Source of the DNA: Bdellovibrionales bacterium
GTDB lineage: Bacteria; Bdellovibrionota; Bdellovibrionia; Bdellovibrionales; CAYMLA01
Direction of reading: 5' to 3'
Assembly: GCA_965217115.1 (NCBI GenBank)
Contig: OZ244239.1
Span: 1,248,001 to 1,312,000, forward strand
Length of the DNA stretch: 64,000 nt
Shown: one piece after another, positions 1 to 8,996 of the stretch
Layout: every line of letters begins with the position of its first letter
Numbering within the stretch: the first letter of the stretch is position 1
Position numbers and translations under genes: made by a program
The notes under the pieces: model-generated
What the model was told of the DNA's origin: nothing
Database searches by the model: none
Seen by the model: only the letters and a program-made list of their open reading frames with translations

Positions 1-717
1 CTGACAGCCATTCAGCCTCAATTTGTTTTTGCCTCTGCCTCAATGCTTGCTCGAGATCTTTTCCCACGAGTGAGCGCCCGTGTCGACGGAGGAATTGCTT
101 CAGACTGCACAGAGTTAAAGATTGATGGGGACAGCTTTGTTGTTCGAAAACCTCTCTACGCAGGAAGATGCTCAGCACAAGTTGATTTTAAGAGTGACAC
201 TAAATTTATCCTTATGCGCCCCAACCAATTGCCCGTCGAAGAGAGTTCTGGTGGAACTGCTCAGATTCACCGTTACGATCTCCCTCCATGCAATCTAAAA
301 ACTCTTCTGCGAGACATCGTTAAAGGAACCTCTGAAAAACTCGACCTCACCGAAGCCAATGTTATTGTCTCTGGCGGACGGGGGCTGAAAGAAGCGATCC
401 ATTTTAAACTCTTAGAAGACTTGGCCGAAACCCTTGGAGCCACCGTTGGTGCCTCTCGTGCCGTTGTTGACTCTGGGTGGGTACCCCACTCCATGCAAGT
501 CGGGCAGACAGGAAAAACGGTCGCCCCCTCTCTATATATCGCTGTAGGAATTTCAGGGGCCATTCAACATCTTGCTGGAATGAACGGGAGCAAGGTTGTT
601 GTTGCCATTAACAACGATCCGCAGGCACCTATTTTTCAAAAATCAACTTACGGTGTTGTCGGTGATCTCTTTGAGGTTATCCCCGCTTTAAATGATGAAT
701 TTAAAAAAATACTTTAG
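1..717 (+). CDS. etfA: Electron transfer flavoprotein subunit alpha (5' truncated by window edge)
   Basis: Frame open from base 1; motifs VSGGRG, GASRAVVDSGW, QVGQTGKTVAP, AVGISGAIQHLAGM. Confidence 0.95.
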   Translation: MTAIQPQFVFASASMLARDLFPRVSARVDGGIASDCTELKIDGDSFVVRKPLYAGRCSAQVDFKSDTKFILMRPNQLPVEESSGGTAQIHRYDLPPCNLKTLLRDIVKGTSEKLDLTEANVIVSGGRGLKEAIHFKLLEDLAETLGATVGASRAVVDSGWVPHSMQVGQTGKTVAPSLYIAVGISGAIQHLAGMNGSKVVVAINNDPQAPIFQKSTYGVVGDLFEVIPALNDEFKKIL

Positions 718-1366
718 ACGACATTTTTTTCCCTTCCTTGTTTATTGGCTCTATCGTCTCTGGTCCTTTTCTTGGAGGATTCACCTCGATGAACCCCCTG
801 AAATGCAAAAAGCTCTTAAAAATAACCAACCCTTTATTTTGGCCCATTGGCATGGAGATGAGTTGGCTCTTCTTGTTTTAGCCAAACGCTATCGGATTGC
901 AACGATGACTTCCACCTCCCAAGACGGAGAGCTTATGAACTATGTTCTAAAAAAACTCGGAGCTAAAACCTCCCGTGGGTCCTCTACTCGCGGCAGTATC
1001 TCCGCCTTGAGAGGACTTTTGAATTTAATGAAAAAAGGAAATAACGGCAGTATGGCCGTCGATGGCCCAAAGGGTCCTCTGCACAAAGTAAAACCTGGCG
1101 TCTTCGAGCTTTCACGACTGACAAAGGCCCCTATCTTTGCTGGAGGCGTCTCTTGTAGCAACGCTCTTGTTTTCAAAAATGCATGGAATAAAGCCAGGTT
1201 ACCTATGCCTTTTTCTAAAATTGTTGTTAAATGGGCCGAGCCTATTGCCTTTATTGATAAAACCCAAGACCTTCGATCAAGACAGCTCGCCTTAAAACTC
1301 GAAGAATCGATTCATACCGCACGCCAGCAAGCTCTTAATTTAATTGTGAAAGAGGGGGGCCGATGA
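692..1366 (+). CDS. DUF374 / lysophospholipid acyltransferase family protein
   Basis: Motifs AHWHG, S.DGEL, RGSSTRG, AVDGPKGP, WNKARLPMPFS. Confidence 0.85.
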   Translation: MMNLKKYFRRHFFPFLVYWLYRLWSFSWRIHLDEPPEMQKALKNNQPFILAHWHGDELALLVLAKRYRIATMTSTSQDGELMNYVLKKLGAKTSRGSSTRGSISALRGLLNLMKKGNNGSMAVDGPKGPLHKVKPGVFELSRLTKAPIFAGGVSCSNALVFKNAWNKARLPMPFSKIVVKWAEPIAFIDKTQDLRSRQLALKLEESIHTARQQALNLIVKEGGR

Positions 1367-1432
1367 TAAATTTTTACATGGCATGTCGAGGTTTTCGCCA
1401 AAGCCTATTTTAAGTTTGATTAAGGAGTCACT

Positions 1433-2254
1433 ATGACCGCAGCTCAGAAGTTTTCTTACATCCTATGTCTTTTGTTTCTTATTAACCCAGCTTTGGCTGC
1501 CAAAAAAAACTCCGTCGTTGCCGTTGTTGGCAAAGAAAAAATCACTCGAGGAGAATTTGATCGGCGATACAAGGAAGTTCAAGAAAAAACAGTGAATCCT
1601 CCAAGTAAAAAAGTATTTCTTCAAGACATCATTCAATACAAAATGGGCGTACAGGAGGCTAAACGACGTAAGCTAACCAGCGACCCCGTTTTAAAAGAGC
1701 GTGTTAACCAAGAACTCTATAAAATCCTCGTTGAGAGAGGGATTACAAGCCAAGTAAATAGTATCCGCATAAAAAAAAGAGAAATGAAGTCTTGGTATAA
1801 AAAAAGCCCTAACATCCGCACAAGTCATATTCTTATTGAGCTAAAGCCTAATTCAACTCCAAAACAAATAAAACAGGTTAGAGCCCGGGCAATAGAAATC
1901 TTAAATGAAGTTAAAAAAAGCAAACGTCCTTTTTCCGAATTGGTAAAACTATACACAGACGACTCTCTTAGCCGAAGAGTTGGTGGAGACCTCGGTTTTC
2001 AGAATAGCCAAACCCTAGACTCTAAGTACTATCTCGCGGCCCTAAAGTTGAAAAAAAACCAGATCAAAGGGCTTGTTCAAACAAAATATGGCTTTCATAT
2101 TATTAAATTTACAAATAAACAAAGCTACAAAAAGGCAAGCAAAAGAGCTATCCGAGCTTATATTTTTGAAGAGAAAAAGAGACGTGTTTTTAAAAAGTTT
2201 TTTGCTAAACTTAAAAAAAAATATCCTGTTAAAATTATTAAGAAAAACTTATGA
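1433..2254 (+). CDS. Exported parvulin-type (PpiC/PrsA-like) peptidyl-prolyl isomerase
   Basis: Signal peptide; SHILI, GGDLG and TKYGFHIIK motifs; AAGGAG RBS. Confidence 0.85.
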   Translation: MTAAQKFSYILCLLFLINPALAAKKNSVVAVVGKEKITRGEFDRRYKEVQEKTVNPPSKKVFLQDIIQYKMGVQEAKRRKLTSDPVLKERVNQELYKILVERGITSQVNSIRIKKREMKSWYKKSPNIRTSHILIELKPNSTPKQIKQVRARAIEILNEVKKSKRPFSELVKLYTDDSLSRRVGGDLGFQNSQTLDSKYYLAALKLKKNQIKGLVQTKYGFHIIKFTNKQSYKKASKRAIRAYIFEEKKRRVFKKFFAKLKKKYPVKIIKKNL

Positions 2255-3234
2255 ACAGAATAAATTTCCGCCCTTTAAAAAACCTCGCTATAGCGGGGTT
2301 TTTTCTTCTAATTTTACCTTCTTGCAATTCCCCTGAATCTTTAAAAAAAATGGTTGTTTTAAAAATTAACAACGACACCGTGACTGCCGAAGAATTCTCC
2401 CTCTCATTGGCAAAAGAGCTACAGAAACAGGAAGCTGCCTTCATAAAAGACCCTTTGACTATCCAGAGAATAAAGACTCAACTCACAAAAAAACTCACCC
2501 TCAAGAAAATAACTCAGCAATGGGCCAAAGCACACGGAATTACAGTCAGTCAAGCCTCCTTAGAAGAAGAAACAACCAAGATTCGCTCTCAATACCCCAG
2601 TGATATTGAATTTCGAAAAAACCTTGCCACTGGGAACACCTCTTTTAAAGAGTGGCAAAAGGGGCTTCGCTTCGCTCTCCTTGAAAAAAAAGTCGCTTTT
2701 GAATTAAAAAAAAACCTCTCCCCCGTTACCGATAGAGAGAGGCGCATTTTCTACAAAGAGCACCGCTTTCTCTTCTTGCTGCCCGACAGGCTTCTGTTAA
2801 GGCAAATTGTTCTCAATAAAAAAAATTCTGCAGAGAGAATCTACAGAGAGCTTCGATCCCGCAAATCAAAGACAACATTCAAAGAGCTTGCAAAAAAATA
2901 CTCTGTCTCTCCTGAGGCCAGGGAGGAGGGGCTTGTGGGGTGGATCGAGAAGCCCACCCTGCCTATATTTGACAAGACTTTTTCTTTGCCCCTTGGCCGA
3001 ATTAGTAAAATTTATAAAAGCGATTACGGATTTCATATTTTTAAAGTTGAGAAAAAGCAAAAAGCCCGTTATATTCCTTATCAAGAGGCTAAAGAGCGCA
3101 TAAGAAAACGCCTTCTTTCTCAACGAGAACAGGCTCATTATCTGTTTTGGTTAGAAAAACAAATTCATCGGTCAAAAATTTATAAAAATGACTCTTTGAT
3201 TGATAAACTAAAAGTTAGCTTAAAAGGTAGTTAA
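2251..3234 (+). CDS. Lipoprotein peptidyl-prolyl isomerase (SurA-N plus parvulin domain)
   Basis: Lipobox-like LPSC; FKELAKKYS.SPEA..GLVGW and SDYGFHIFK. Confidence 0.8.
   Translation: MNRINFRPLKNLAIAGFFLLILPSCNSPESLKKMVVLKINNDTVTAEEFSLSLAKELQKQEAAFIKDPLTIQRIKTQLTKKLTLKKITQQWAKAHGITVSQASLEEETTKIRSQYPSDIEFRKNLATGNTSFKEWQKGLRFALLEKKVAFELKKNLSPVTDRERRIFYKEHRFLFLLPDRLLLRQIVLNKKNSAERIYRELRSRKSKTTFKELAKKYSVSPEAREEGLVGWIEKPTLPIFDKTFSLPLGRISKIYKSDYGFHIFKVEKKQKARYIPYQEAKERIRKRLLSQREQAHYLFWLEKQIHRSKIYKNDSLIDKLKVSLKGS
2277..2310 (+). terminator. Terminator-like hairpin plus U-tract inside the 5' end of the second PPIase gene
   Basis: AAAAAACCTCGCTA/TAGCGGGGTTTTTT followed by CTTCT. Confidence 0.35.
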
Positions 3235-3236
3235 AA

Positions 3237-4190
3237 ATGAAGGTTTTCTTGTCTATTCTGCTGTTTTTTCCACTATTGGCTCACTCCGCCCGTGTTGTCG
3301 ACCGTATTATGGCCATTGTTAACGACGAAATTATCACTCTTTCTGATTTTCAAGCGTTTCGCAATAAAATTAAAAACAAAAAACCTCTTGATGATATTTT
3401 GTTTTTTAACAAAAAGCCTCGGTTTTTTCTTAATAAGAAGAGCGAACTTTTAAATCTCCTCGTTAACGAGAGTATCTTGGAATCTGAAATTAAAAAAAAT
3501 TCTCTTCAAGTAACTCAACAACAGGTTGCTGGTGAAATTCGTCGAATTGCCAAAAACTACGGTATTTCACAAGAACAATTAGTTAAGGAATTAAAAAAAG
3601 ACGGTCAAAGTTTTTCTGAATACAAGGCCTTTATTAAAACCCGCATGGAGAGGCAGAGGCTCGTTGGACAGGCCATTACTTCAAAAATTAAAATCACTGA
3701 TGACGAAGTTCTTCAATACTATCTTAAACAAAATTCTTCAGCAAAAGAGCAGGTCTTTGAATACACGCTCTCCCATATTTTTTTCTCTCCGAACAAGAGC
3801 GGGGGTCACGATGCTGCTATTGAGAGAGCTAGTCGGGTTTTACGGAAACTTAAAGGCGGTGAAAACTTTGAGCTTGCAGCAAAAAAGCACAGCGAAGATC
3901 CTAATTTCAGCTCAGGGGGATATCTCGGCACAGCAAAAGCTGGAGAGTTTAATGCCTCTGTCTCCCGTTCTATTTCTAAACTCAAGCCTGGCCAATTTTC
4001 AAAAGTTGTTAAAACACCTGCTGGCTATTCAATTTTAAAAATTATTAAGATTCAGATCGCTGACGACCCAAAATTTGCTAAAGCCAAACCCCAAATTAGA
4101 GATCTTTTAACTCAAAAAGCCTTTAAAAAACAATTTTATTTATGGATAAAAGAAAAACGACGTCTCGCCTTTATTAGGTTCAACAAATAA
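3237..4190 (+). CDS. surA: SurA-like periplasmic chaperone / PPIase
   Basis: VVDRIMAIVNDEIITLSD N-terminus, parvulin domain (FELAAKKHSED..GGYLG); directly upstream of pdxA. Confidence 0.85.
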   Translation: MKVFLSILLFFPLLAHSARVVDRIMAIVNDEIITLSDFQAFRNKIKNKKPLDDILFFNKKPRFFLNKKSELLNLLVNESILESEIKKNSLQVTQQQVAGEIRRIAKNYGISQEQLVKELKKDGQSFSEYKAFIKTRMERQRLVGQAITSKIKITDDEVLQYYLKQNSSAKEQVFEYTLSHIFFSPNKSGGHDAAIERASRVLRKLKGGENFELAAKKHSEDPNFSSGGYLGTAKAGEFNASVSRSISKLKPGQFSKVVKTPAGYSILKIIKIQIADDPKFAKAKPQIRDLLTQKAFKKQFYLWIKEKRRLAFIRFNK

Positions 4191-5194
4191 TGCTCAAACC
4201 CCTTCGCATCTCCCTTACAACAGGTGATGTTGATGGGATTGGCTTAGAAGTCACCTCAAAATCTCTTGCTAAAATAAAGCCTCTCCGCGGAGTTCATTTT
4301 TATATCTGGCGAAATCCGAGGTGTGACAAACGATATCTTCGGCTTATTGATTCTCAGTTTAAAAGAAAGACCGTTAACACTTGGTACGAAGCTTTGAACA
4401 CGCCCCATGAGTCTTATAAGTGGATCATCGATATAAGTACTCAACAGCCCCCTGCTAAGTGGGTCGAAGAATCCTCTCTGGCAGGGGCTTTTGGGCATAT
4501 AGACGGAATAGCTACGGCTCCTTTATCAAAAACATCCATTATAAAAGCAGGAATGAAAGACCTTGGCCATACTGATATTTTAAAGCGCATTACTAAAACA
4601 AAAGAACTCTATATGGGTTTTCTCGGTTCCAAATTTAATATTCTTCTGGCAACAGGCCATCTTCCCATAGAAAATATTACCCAGTCTATAAATAGCAAAT
4701 CTATCGAAAAATCTATTCTTGCTGCCAATCAGCTAAGACAAATTCTTCCCAAAAAATTTATCCACAGGCCCCTTGCTCTGCTTGGATTAAATCCCCACTC
4801 TGGAGAAAATGGACTTATCGGCTCTCAAGAAAAAAAATACTATGAAAAGGCCCTAAAAAGTGTCCGTGAGAAAAAAATTAACATCTCCGATATCCTTGTT
4901 CCTGATTGCGCTTTTTTTGAAAAAAATTGGCGTAAGTTTTCTGTTTATATTTGTTCCTATCATGATCAGGGCCTTATTCCATTTAAGATGGTTCATGGCC
5001 AAGATGCTGGCGCTCAAATTACAATGGGCTTAAAATTTATTAGAACAAGTGTCGACCACGGCACGGCAAAAGATATTTTTGGTAAAAACAAGGCTAACCC
5101 CTCCTCTATGATTGAGGCTATACTGCTTTGTACAAAACTTTGCCAAGTCTCTAATAGAGAAGGGACTGTTTTAACTAAAATAACTAAGGACTAA
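4190..5194 (+). CDS. pdxA: 4-hydroxythreonine-4-phosphate dehydrogenase
   Basis: GDVDGIGLE, TAPLSK, GHTD, GLNPHSGE, YHDQGLIPFK, RTSVDHGTA. Confidence 0.93.
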   Translation: MLKPLRISLTTGDVDGIGLEVTSKSLAKIKPLRGVHFYIWRNPRCDKRYLRLIDSQFKRKTVNTWYEALNTPHESYKWIIDISTQQPPAKWVEESSLAGAFGHIDGIATAPLSKTSIIKAGMKDLGHTDILKRITKTKELYMGFLGSKFNILLATGHLPIENITQSINSKSIEKSILAANQLRQILPKKFIHRPLALLGLNPHSGENGLIGSQEKKYYEKALKSVREKKINISDILVPDCAFFEKNWRKFSVYICSYHDQGLIPFKMVHGQDAGAQITMGLKFIRTSVDHGTAKDIFGKNKANPSSMIEAILLCTKLCQVSNREGTVLTKITKD

Positions 5195-5197
5195 CAT

Positions 5198-6565
5198 ATG
5201 ATGAACCCCGTTATTTTCAGAGAATATGATATTCGTGGTGTTTACCAAAGAGACTACGATCTTAAGTTTGTCGAAGACCTGGGAAAGGCCTACATTCAAC
5301 TCTTTTTAAAAAAAACGGGAAAAAAAAACCCCACAATAACATTAGGGTATGATGCCCGTCTCTCCAGCCTTGAAATTGAAAAAGCTCTTACCAGAGGAAT
5401 TACAAAGAGCGGTGGCCATGTTATTCACCTGGGACTAATTACGACACCAATCTCTTATTTTAGCACTTTTGATATGGACAATGTGGACGGGGCAATCATC
5501 GTCACAGGCAGTCACAACCCCCCCGAATACAACGGCTTTAAAATCTCTGTTGGCAAGAGCACTATTTTTGGTGAAGACATACAGACTTTAATGGCAATTG
5601 TTGAAAAAAAAGACTTCTTGTCTGGAATCGGGACAGAAGAGACTTTTAATATTTTTCCTCAATATCTCTCTAAATACACCCAAGAATTTAAAAATCTTAA
5701 AAAAATAAAGGTTGTTTTAGATCTCGGGAACGGGGCTGCTGGTTGTATCGCTCGATCTCTTTATGAAGGCTGTGGCTTAAGCCCTGTGATTATATTTGAA
5801 AAACCCGACGGTACCTTTCCAAACCATCATCCAGATCCGACGGTAGAAGAAAACCTTGAGGCTCTTAAAGAAAAAGTCACCGAAGTCGGGGCTGAATTAG
5901 GTATCGGATTTGATGGAGATTCTGACCGCATTGGTCTTGTTGACAAAAATGGTTCGATGGTTATGGGCGATGAAATTATTTATCTTTTTGCTAAAAATAT
6001 TTTGAAAAAAAATCCAAATTCAAAAATTATCGGTGATGTTAAGTGTTCTGATAGAATGTATAAAGCTATTAATAGGTCTGGCGGTAAAGCTATCATGTGG
6101 AAAACAGGGCATAGTCTCATTAAAGAAAAAATAAAATTAGAAAAGGCGCCTTTTGGTGGGGAATTAAGCGGACATATTTTCTTCTCTGATCGAAACTATG
6201 GTTATGACGATGCCCTCTATGCTGGTTTACGTATGATCGAAATCATCTCAGAAACAGGACTATCTATCAAAGAAATGCTCGCCGATATGGGACACGGCTA
6301 TAGCACCCCTGAAATTCGTATTAATACAACAGAAGAAAAGAAGGTCTCTATTGTTGAAAAAATAAGAGATATCTACACCAAAGATCAGAGTGGTATAGAG
6401 GTTAATCAAATTGACGGTGTTCGCATTAGTTATAAAGATGGCTGGGCCCTAGCTCGTTCCTCTAATACCCAGCCAGTTTTGGTCTTGCGTTTTGAATCAG
6501 AGACACAAGAGGGTTTGAACCGTATACAAACCGAGATTAACAATATCGTCAACCCTCTGCTCTAA
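5198..6565 (+). CDS. Phosphomannomutase/phosphoglucomutase
   Basis: FREYDIRG, TGSHNP, FDGDSDR, GELSGH, RSSNTQP. Confidence 0.95.
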   Translation: MMNPVIFREYDIRGVYQRDYDLKFVEDLGKAYIQLFLKKTGKKNPTITLGYDARLSSLEIEKALTRGITKSGGHVIHLGLITTPISYFSTFDMDNVDGAIIVTGSHNPPEYNGFKISVGKSTIFGEDIQTLMAIVEKKDFLSGIGTEETFNIFPQYLSKYTQEFKNLKKIKVVLDLGNGAAGCIARSLYEGCGLSPVIIFEKPDGTFPNHHPDPTVEENLEALKEKVTEVGAELGIGFDGDSDRIGLVDKNGSMVMGDEIIYLFAKNILKKNPNSKIIGDVKCSDRMYKAINRSGGKAIMWKTGHSLIKEKIKLEKAPFGGELSGHIFFSDRNYGYDDALYAGLRMIEIISETGLSIKEMLADMGHGYSTPEIRINTTEEKKVSIVEKIRDIYTKDQSGIEVNQIDGVRISYKDGWALARSSNTQPVLVLRFESETQEGLNRIQTEINNIVNPLL

Positions 6566-6579
6566 ACTTGCGCTCTAAA

Positions 6580-6885
6580 CTAGATTTTTCCAACTAATTG
6601 GAAAGCAATAACAAATGCGTAGATCACCAGAGATTCAATCAAAGCAAGACCGATAATCATTGGCACAAAAATCTTCGGTTGTGCCGCTGGATTTCGAGCA
6701 ATTCCTTCCAAGGCGGCGGCAGCCACTTTTCCCTGTCCTAAACCACCGCCAATGGCAGCAATACCTATCGCGAGGCCTGCGGCTAAGCCAATAAGGCCTG
6801 ATGCTTCTGGAGAACCCCCCTCTGCAGCGAAGGCAGGAGCTGAAATTAAAACCGTAGTGACTGCTAACATTGCTTTGTTAAACAT
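6580..6885 (-). CDS. atpE: ATP synthase F0 subunit c
   Basis: GGGLGQG..ARNP..LIES hairpin with conserved Glu. Confidence 0.95.
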   Translation of the reverse strand: MFNKAMLAVTTVLISAPAFAAEGGSPEASGLIGLAAGLAIGIAAIGGGLGQGKVAAAALEGIARNPAAQPKIFVPMIIGLALIESLVIYAFVIAFQLVGKI

Positions 6886-6901
6886 TGTGAATCTCCCTTA
6901 A

Positions 6902-7600
6902 CTAGTGATCGTGTGATGTCGCCATCGCCACATAAACCATTGATAATAAAGTAAAAACAAATGCCTGCACAATACAGACAAATAAACCCAAACCATAAAA
7001 AATAACCGGAATTCCTATTGGCACTAAATCTAAAAAAATTCCTAAAACGGTGTGATCTCCAGACATGTTTCCAGCCAAGCGAAGTCCTAAACTCATTGGT
7101 CGGACAATATGAGAAATCAATTCAATTGGCAACATAATAGGCGCTAACAAAGCTAAAGGGCCAAGAAAGTGCTTTAAATAACCCACCCCGTGCTCTCTTA
7201 TTCCTTCAAAGTTATAGACGATAAATATAAACAAACCTATTGCCAGTGTTTTATTAATGTCTGCAGTTGCCGATGTCATTCCAGGGATAAGACCAAAGAC
7301 ATTGTTGACAAGAATATAGATAAAAACTGTTGCAAACAAAGGGACGTATTTGCGGCCATTAGGGCCGATGATCATGTCCGTTTGCGCTGCAATAAACTCA
7401 GTTAAAACCTCAAAAACACCACGAACTGAGAATCGACTGGCTGGCAAAAAAGTCCCCTCACCCGAGCCAAGTCTTTTTCTCGCTATGAATCCAAAAGTGA
7501 TTAAAGCTATCCCCACAAGCAAAGACGTCGCAACCCCAAGGTTGTCGTGATTGACTCCAATGCTATCTAAAAATAATAACCAACTAAAATGATGTTCCAC
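6902..7600 (-). CDS. atpB: ATP synthase F0 subunit a
   Basis: RPMSLGLRLAGNM and VQAFVFTLLS. Confidence 0.95.
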   Translation of the reverse strand: MEHHFSWLLFLDSIGVNHDNLGVATSLLVGIALITFGFIARKRLGSGEGTFLPASRFSVRGVFEVLTEFIAAQTDMIIGPNGRKYVPLFATVFIYILVNNVFGLIPGMTSATADINKTLAIGLFIFIVYNFEGIREHGVGYLKHFLGPLALLAPIMLPIELISHIVRPMSLGLRLAGNMSGDHTVLGIFLDLVPIGIPVIFYGLGLFVCIVQAFVFTLLSMVYVAMATSHDH

Positions 7601-7611
7601 TCTATAAACCT

Positions 7612-7965
7612 CTAAATGGGGCCTTTAATCTTTCCTATATATCTAATAAAACCATAAAAAAGACAACTTATAACCAATGAGCCGACTCCAAAACCAAAAA
7701 ATAAGCCTTGAATCAAATTATTGCTTATCAATAAATAGATTCCCCAGCCTATTAATGCGTATTTAAATATAATAATATTTATAAAAAGCACAATTACTTT
7801 TTTATTTAAAATAAAATGATAGGCCAGACTCAAAAAGAGGATGTTCAGAGTAACAGCTAACCCCCCCGCAAAGAAAGACAGGCTTTTATGCGTTGTGTAA
7901 AAGCCCGCTACCAAGAGTCCCAACCCCCCTAATATGATCAAATGAAGTAAGATAAACTCTTTCAT
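7612..7965 (-). CDS. ATP synthase subunit I-like membrane protein
   Basis: Four hydrophobic segments; immediately upstream of atpB. Confidence 0.65.
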   Translation of the reverse strand: MKEFILLHLIILGGLGLLVAGFYTTHKSLSFFAGGLAVTLNILFLSLAYHFILNKKVIVLFINIIIFKYALIGWGIYLLISNNLIQGLFFGFGVGSLVISCLFYGFIRYIGKIKGPI

Positions 7966-7968
7966 CTC

Positions 7969-8178
7969 CTATTTTATGTCCTCTTCTCTGTCGGTTAATC
8001 TTTTTAATAGGATAACTAGGTGATAAAACCAAGAAATCAGGCCGAGGAAGATAAGAGAGATTAAGCCTATTCCGTTTAGCTCGTACTTCCTATCTAGCCA
8101 TGAACCAAAAAAAGCCATTGTTAAAACAATCCCAATTAATTCAACTCCAATACCGATAAATATGTAATATTTTCCCAC
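7969..8178 (-). CDS. AtpZ/AtpI-family small membrane protein
   Basis: G.WLD.K motif between two TM helices; atp cluster context. Confidence 0.7.
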   Translation of the reverse strand: MGKYYIFIGIGVELIGIVLTMAFFGSWLDRKYELNGIGLISLIFLGLISWFYHLVILLKRLTDREEDIK

Positions 8179-8996
8179 TATTTTTTAAACCTTTTGCCCT
8201 CTGGTAAATTCTTTTTTCTTTTAATAAGATTTTCAATTCGTATCTGGATGAGTTGAGGGTCCTCAGCTCTAACAATTTCTGATTTTAAAACCTCTATGGC
8301 TTTATCAAATTCTTTTAGCTCTTCGTAGGATGTGGCTACGACCATAAATATTTTTTCTTTGAAGGCTTTTACAGGGAACTTTTTAATAAGGGACAAAAAA
8401 ATCTCAATTGCTTTTTCTGTTTTCTTTTCAACAAGATAAATGTTCCCTAAAATCAGGTGGGCCTCAAACAAGAATGTCCCATTTTTCTCCTCTGCTATTG
8501 TCTTAATCTCTATTTTCGATTGATAAAATTTATTCAGGAAAAAATAGCTTCGAGCAATTTGTAACCGGTATATGTTTTTATCAATATTTTTTCCTCCTAT
8601 TTTGAGAAGCTGATTATAATACAAAATAGCTTGGTTGTAATTATTAAAAACAGAAAAATTTAATGTTGCTAATTGTCTCTGTGACATTGTTTTCTCTGTC
8701 TTGCTTTCTGAGTGGATAAGAAGAGTTTTATAGTATTTTTCAGCTATTTTAAATTTTTTTAGGTAGAAATAACAAATATCTGCTGCTCTTCGGATCGCTT
8801 TAAGCCCCCTTTTTGTTGGACCGAGCTTTTTAAAAACATTCTCATAGTGAAAAAGGGCTGTTTTAAAATTTTTAACTTCCTCAGCTGTTTGGGCTTTTTC
8901 CCAATCGATGTTAACAGGAGATTGACACGAAGAGAGACCAAAAATAAAAATAAAAAAGAACTTTTTAATCTTTTTTCTCTTCTCTAGAATCGTCAT
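8178..8996 (-). CDS. TPR-repeat lipoprotein
   Basis: Lipobox LSSC; repeated TPR-like helices (A..YY..LL); overlaps the gyrA stop. Confidence 0.75.
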   Translation of the reverse strand: MTILEKRKKIKKFFFIFIFGLSSCQSPVNIDWEKAQTAEEVKNFKTALFHYENVFKKLGPTKRGLKAIRRAADICYFYLKKFKIAEKYYKTLLIHSESKTEKTMSQRQLATLNFSVFNNYNQAILYYNQLLKIGGKNIDKNIYRLQIARSYFFLNKFYQSKIEIKTIAEEKNGTFLFEAHLILGNIYLVEKKTEKAIEIFLSLIKKFPVKAFKEKIFMVVATSYEELKEFDKAIEVLKSEIVRAEDPQLIQIRIENLIKRKKNLPEGKRFKK

